Of a stretch of DNA of 47,802 nucleotides, positions 44,778-47,802 are shown in pieces. The notes under the pieces were generated by a model. The model saw only the letters and a list, made by a program, of their open reading frames with translations. It ran no database searches and was not told where the DNA came from. Numbering within the stretch: position 1 is the first letter of the stretch; each line of letters opens with the position of its first letter. Source of the stretch: an uncultured Desulfovibrionaceae bacterium (GTDB lineage Bacteria > Desulfobacterota > Desulfovibrionia > Desulfovibrionales > Desulfovibrionaceae); assembly GCA_964370125.1 (NCBI GenBank), contig CAYJIB010000003.1, forward strand, positions 1,785-49,586, given 5' to 3'. A program made the position numbers and the translations under genes.

Positions 44778-45338
44778 TTATTTTTTTGAACCAGGAAAGA
44801 CAACACGCACTTGCTTGTCAGGTGAACCCAACACCTCACTGCGGCTTTCATTCAAGTAATATTTGATAGTCGTGCCGATAATTTGGCTTTCGCCATCCGT
44901 CAAGCTGGGATTGCCGCTCATAGTCAAAACGGCCGTCTTTGCCTCATAAGTGATTTTTTGCGACTGGCCAAGGCTTGTGTCGCGCTTCATTCGCACATTG
45001 CCTTCAGCGACAATGCGCTCAACATCAGAAGCATTTATCCCTTCTGGGAGTCCGCCTGCCACACCTTGTGGTGTCTCTTGTTTTTTATTTTCTTTTTTTA
45101 AATAAATTGTTAAGGTCTTTGACCAAAGTTCAAAATCTGGCCGTGAAATATGGACATCGCCCTGAAAAAGCACTTTTGGCTCTTCGGCAAAAAAAGTCAT
45201 CTCGTCAGCGGCAATGCGTGTTTCGACATCGGTGTCAAAAGCCCTTGAGCCAGGCGAAGCCGCAAAAGAAGATTTTGGCACAGCCACAAAAAAAGACAGG
45301 CAAAGCAAGAAGAGAAAGAGAGAAGGCCGTATATTCAT
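44778..45338 (-). CDS. lptA: LptA/OstA-like periplasmic LPS transport protein
   Basis: Signal peptide, an OstA-like beta-jellyroll repeat pattern (..FEGNV.., ..ASGNP..), and its position between lptC and lptB. Confidence 0.7.
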   Translation of the reverse strand: MNIRPSLFLFLLCLSFFVAVPKSSFAASPGSRAFDTDVETRIAADEMTFFAEEPKVLFQGDVHISRPDFELWSKTLTIYLKKENKKQETPQGVAGGLPEGINASDVERIVAEGNVRMKRDTSLGQSQKITYEAKTAVLTMSGNPSLTDGESQIIGTTIKYYLNESRSEVLGSPDKQVRVVFPGSKK

Positions 45339-45384
45339 GAAATACAATCCTTTTTGTTGGTAAATTACTTTGCAGAGCTTGGGT

Positions 45385-46176
45385 TTAAGGTTTTTGTGCT
45401 GCCTTAATCACTATGTCCACACGGTTTTTTGCTTGCAAGATATTTTTGTCTAAATGCCAGGTAAGATACTTAGCAAAGCCCTCTCCATTGGGGCTTTCAA
45501 CGTGCGCCCCTTCTGGAAAAATCATCAGGCGCTCTTGTGCGTCATAACGCATCATTGGGGCTTTTATATATTGATCGGCACGACGCACTTCGACATTGCC
45601 CTCTAAAAGCAAAAAGCGTTGCTTTTCAGTAATGTGCCCTGTATCGGCTGTCACGTCAATATAATCTTTCTCGGCAGGATCGCCAAGTGTATATTGCACA
45701 ACAGGCTTTTCCACACTTGTTTTGTCTTCTTCAGTTGAAATGCTGGCATAAGAAGCGTTAAGTCGCCAAAGCTCATTGCCGTCTTCACCTTGCGATAAAA
45801 GAATATTTTGCAAGACAAGGCCAATGTCTTCAACGGCCGCTTCATCAACTTTTTCGGCGATTTCTTCTCTGATTTTTGCTTCACTGCTTTCAACATTGCT
45901 GTTTTGTCTTGTTTCTTCTGCAAGCTCTTTGGCTTGAGCTGTTTTTTCGCTTTCTTCAGTCGTTTTTTCTTGAGCAATGTCTTTTGGGGCAGCTTCTTGT
46001 GGCAAAGCAGACTTTTCAGTTTCTGCCTTTTGTGCCTCTGCATCAATTTTTTCAGGCAAAACAGTGTTTTCAGTAGTTTTGATCTCAGCCGAAGGCTCTG
46101 CTGCATTTGCCATTAAATGTGGCGGAAGGCAAAGCATTGCAGCAAGGAAACATGCGAGCAAAAAGGCTTTTTTCAT
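45385..46176 (-). CDS. lptC: LptC-like protein with a Glu/Lys-rich insertion of about 100 aa
   Basis: The C-terminal roughly 150 aa are LptC-like (LLLEGNVEV.., AKNRVDIVI). The ATGA overlaps the kdsC stop. The N-terminal hydrophobic segment is followed by low complexity. Confidence 0.6.
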   Translation of the reverse strand: MKKAFLLACFLAAMLCLPPHLMANAAEPSAEIKTTENTVLPEKIDAEAQKAETEKSALPQEAAPKDIAQEKTTEESEKTAQAKELAEETRQNSNVESSEAKIREEIAEKVDEAAVEDIGLVLQNILLSQGEDGNELWRLNASYASISTEEDKTSVEKPVVQYTLGDPAEKDYIDVTADTGHITEKQRFLLLEGNVEVRRADQYIKAPMMRYDAQERLMIFPEGAHVESPNGEGFAKYLTWHLDKNILQAKNRVDIVIKAAQKP

Positions 46177-46712
46177 ACCAAGTTTGTCCAATAGCTTAAG
46201 AGTTCTTCATATTTCCCTTGGCATTGCAAGATCCAAACGATACATTCTCTGATAGCGCCCTGGCCGCCTGATCTTTCTGTAATCATTTTAGCCACATCTT
46301 TTACTTCTGGTACGGCGTTTGGCACTGCGACAGGCAAGCCAACACGGCGCATGGGGGCAAGGTCTATCCAATCATCCCCCATATAGGCAATTTCTTCCCA
46401 CTCAAGGCCAAGTCGCTTGCGAATTTCATCTACATGTGTGGCCTTATTGTGTACGCCGCCAACATATTCTTTAATGCCTAGGGCTTCTAAGCGTTTTGCT
46501 ACGCAAGCAACGGCCATTCCTGACACAGCCGCCACTTCAAGACCGACAGATTGCGCCATTTTGATGCTTATTCCGTCATGAACGTGAAAGCGTTTCATGG
46601 CGAGGCCGTTTTCATCATAATACACACCGCCGTCAGTCATCACACCGTCAACATCAAGGACAAGCAAGCGAATGCGGCTTGCGGCTTCTTGCAATTCTTT
46701 ACTTCGTGGCAT
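46173..46712 (-). CDS. kdsC: KDO 8-phosphate phosphatase (HAD superfamily)
   Basis: LLVLDVDGVMTDG motif, DG..IK, GDD..DL. Confidence 0.85.
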   Translation of the reverse strand: MPRSKELQEAASRIRLLVLDVDGVMTDGGVYYDENGLAMKRFHVHDGISIKMAQSVGLEVAAVSGMAVACVAKRLEALGIKEYVGGVHNKATHVDEIRKRLGLEWEEIAYMGDDWIDLAPMRRVGLPVAVPNAVPEVKDVAKMITERSGGQGAIRECIVWILQCQGKYEELLSYWTNLV

Positions 46713-46747
46713 AGTTTTTTCTCCAAAGCGGTTTTTTTTGTAATGCT

Positions 46748-47563
46748 TTATTTGTAAGAATATTCATTTTTCCACAGTCTGGCAAGGTCTGAAAAAATCG
46801 CTGGCAAATCTTTAGTATTCAAAGAATTTGGTCCATCACACAGGGCTTTGTCTGGATCTGGGTGGCATTCAACAAAAAGCCCATCAATCCCAAAGGCTAC
46901 GGCCGCTCTTGCGAGGCTTGCTACATATTTTCTTTCACCACCAGAGGCTTTGCCAAGACCGCCTGGGAGCTGTACAGCATGGGTGGCGTCAAAGACCACA
47001 GGGCAGCCAAGCTCGCGCATGACAGCAAAAGAGCGGAAATCTACCACCAAATTATTATAACCAAAGCTTGAACCACGCTCTGTGAGCAAGAGATGTTTGT
47101 TGCCCGCTTCAAAGACCTTGTCTCGCACGGCGGCCATGTCCCAAGGGGCAAGGAATTGCCCTTTTTTAACATTAACGACACAATTTGTTTGTGCGGCGGC
47201 TGTGAGCAAGTCTGTTTGACGACACAAAAAAGCGGGAATTTGTACAATATCAACAAAGGGTGCAACATATTTTGTTTGCTCTTCTGTATGAACATCCGTA
47301 ACAATGGGCAGGCCGACTTTTTCTTTTATGCGTGAAAGCCATTCACAACCTGTTTCAAGGCCTGGGCCTCTGAAGCTGTCTTTTGAGGTGCGGTTGGCTT
47401 TGTCCCATGAGCTTTTAAAGACAGCGAAAAGACCGGCTTTGTCTGCGGCTTCTGCAACGGAATAGGCGACTTCGAGCGCCAATTCATAAGACTCAAGGGC
47501 GCAAGGCCCAGCGAGGACAAAGGGATTATTTTGGAGAGTTGAGTAGAGATTTTTTGTAGGCAT
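46748..47563 (-). CDS. kdsA: 2-dehydro-3-deoxyphosphooctonate aldolase (KDO-8-P synthase)
   Basis: AGPCALES, KSSWDKANR, IPAFLCRQTDL and DATHAVQ motifs. The start is trimmed to the Met at 47563. Confidence 0.9.
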   Translation of the reverse strand: MPTKNLYSTLQNNPFVLAGPCALESYELALEVAYSVAEAADKAGLFAVFKSSWDKANRTSKDSFRGPGLETGCEWLSRIKEKVGLPIVTDVHTEEQTKYVAPFVDIVQIPAFLCRQTDLLTAAAQTNCVVNVKKGQFLAPWDMAAVRDKVFEAGNKHLLLTERGSSFGYNNLVVDFRSFAVMRELGCPVVFDATHAVQLPGGLGKASGGERKYVASLARAAVAFGIDGLFVECHPDPDKALCDGPNSLNTKDLPAIFSDLARLWKNEYSYK

Positions 47564-47684
47564 AGTGTTTTTTGCGGGTAAGAGGTTTATTTTTTTATGA
47601 AGGTTTTGAGTTTTTCTTTGTGAGCAAGTTACCATTTCACTTTACTTGCTTCATAGATTATTAGTATCTTATATTGTTGTGCGA

Positions 47685-47802
47685 GGGGGACGAGGGGCCT
47701 AAGGGGGGAAGATATTCGCCTCTGCACCTTAAGCTTGATAGAGCTTTGAAAGTTTTTTCTTTACACCATGCAGAGGCTCATATATTTCCCCCCTTTACCC
47801 CT
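47685..47802. repeat. Long imperfect palindrome upstream of kdsA, truncated by the window edge
   Basis: aaggggggaagatattcgcctctgca (47701-47726) pairs with tgcagaggctcatatatttcccccctt (47769-47795). The outer G-rich and C-rich extension continues to the last base of the window. Confidence 0.7.

Noticed and set aside
45651-46106. 151-aa Lys-rich minus-strand ORF in an alternative frame of lptC.
   Set aside because: It is a frame artefact of the GAA/AAG-rich low-complexity tract. The lptC frame carries the recognisable domain and the ATGA coupling to kdsC.
1-47802. tRNA, rRNA, transposase, integrase or prophage content.
   Set aside because: I found no T-loop (GGTTCGAATCC-like) or cloverleaf candidates. 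I found no rRNA-like conserved stretches and no ORF with DDE, tyrosine or serine recombinase motifs. My visual scan could miss degenerate cases.

Overview
A 47.8 kb chromosomal segment from a Gram-negative, flagellated bacterium that is probably an anaerobe. The LPS genes, FeoAB and a glycyl-radical enzyme loosely suggest a Desulfovibrionales-like genome, but the taxon is inference only. I support about 37 protein genes and found no tRNA, rRNA, transposase, integrase or cas gene.

Gene content, left to right:
- Housekeeping block: CBS/ACT protein, PSP1/RicT-like protein, metG, and class II fba on the minus strand.
- A csoR plus P1B-ATPase metal-efflux operon with a palindromic operator.
- DUF368, an AEC transporter and an outer-membrane barrel.
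- comEC.
- Three tandem paralogous MFS transporters.
- An accessory-looking locus behind about 730 bp of very AT-rich non-coding DNA: an orphan glycyl-radical enzyme, an MFS, a radical-SAM activase, a second MFS behind a roughly 470-nt leader, and a DUF4125-like protein.
- clpA.
- A large minus-strand iron cluster: ABC ATPase, membrane protein, DUF4857-like protein, feoA, feoB, a small secreted protein, DUF4198 and a small secreted paralog. A convergent FeoB-associated Cys-rich peptide gene lies beside it.
- Flagellin.
- A minus-strand kdsA-kdsC-lptC-lptA-lptB array that continues into an unassignable 1017-aa membrane protein and a holB-like gene.

Most interesting signals:
1. The orphan GRE locus and its control regions.
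2. A roughly 71-nt conserved, apparently structured core present twice inside unrelated long hairpin arms, with a compensatory base-pair change.
3. A type-I-toxin-like 28-aa hydrophobic peptide gene with a convergent near-consensus promoter.
4. Three Feo-linked periplasmic proteins that would all begin with His after signal-peptide cleavage.
5. An uncharacterised ABC module fused upstream of feoAB behind a Fur-box-like site.

All coordinates and counts were derived by hand. Family names come from recognised sequence motifs, not from database searches.
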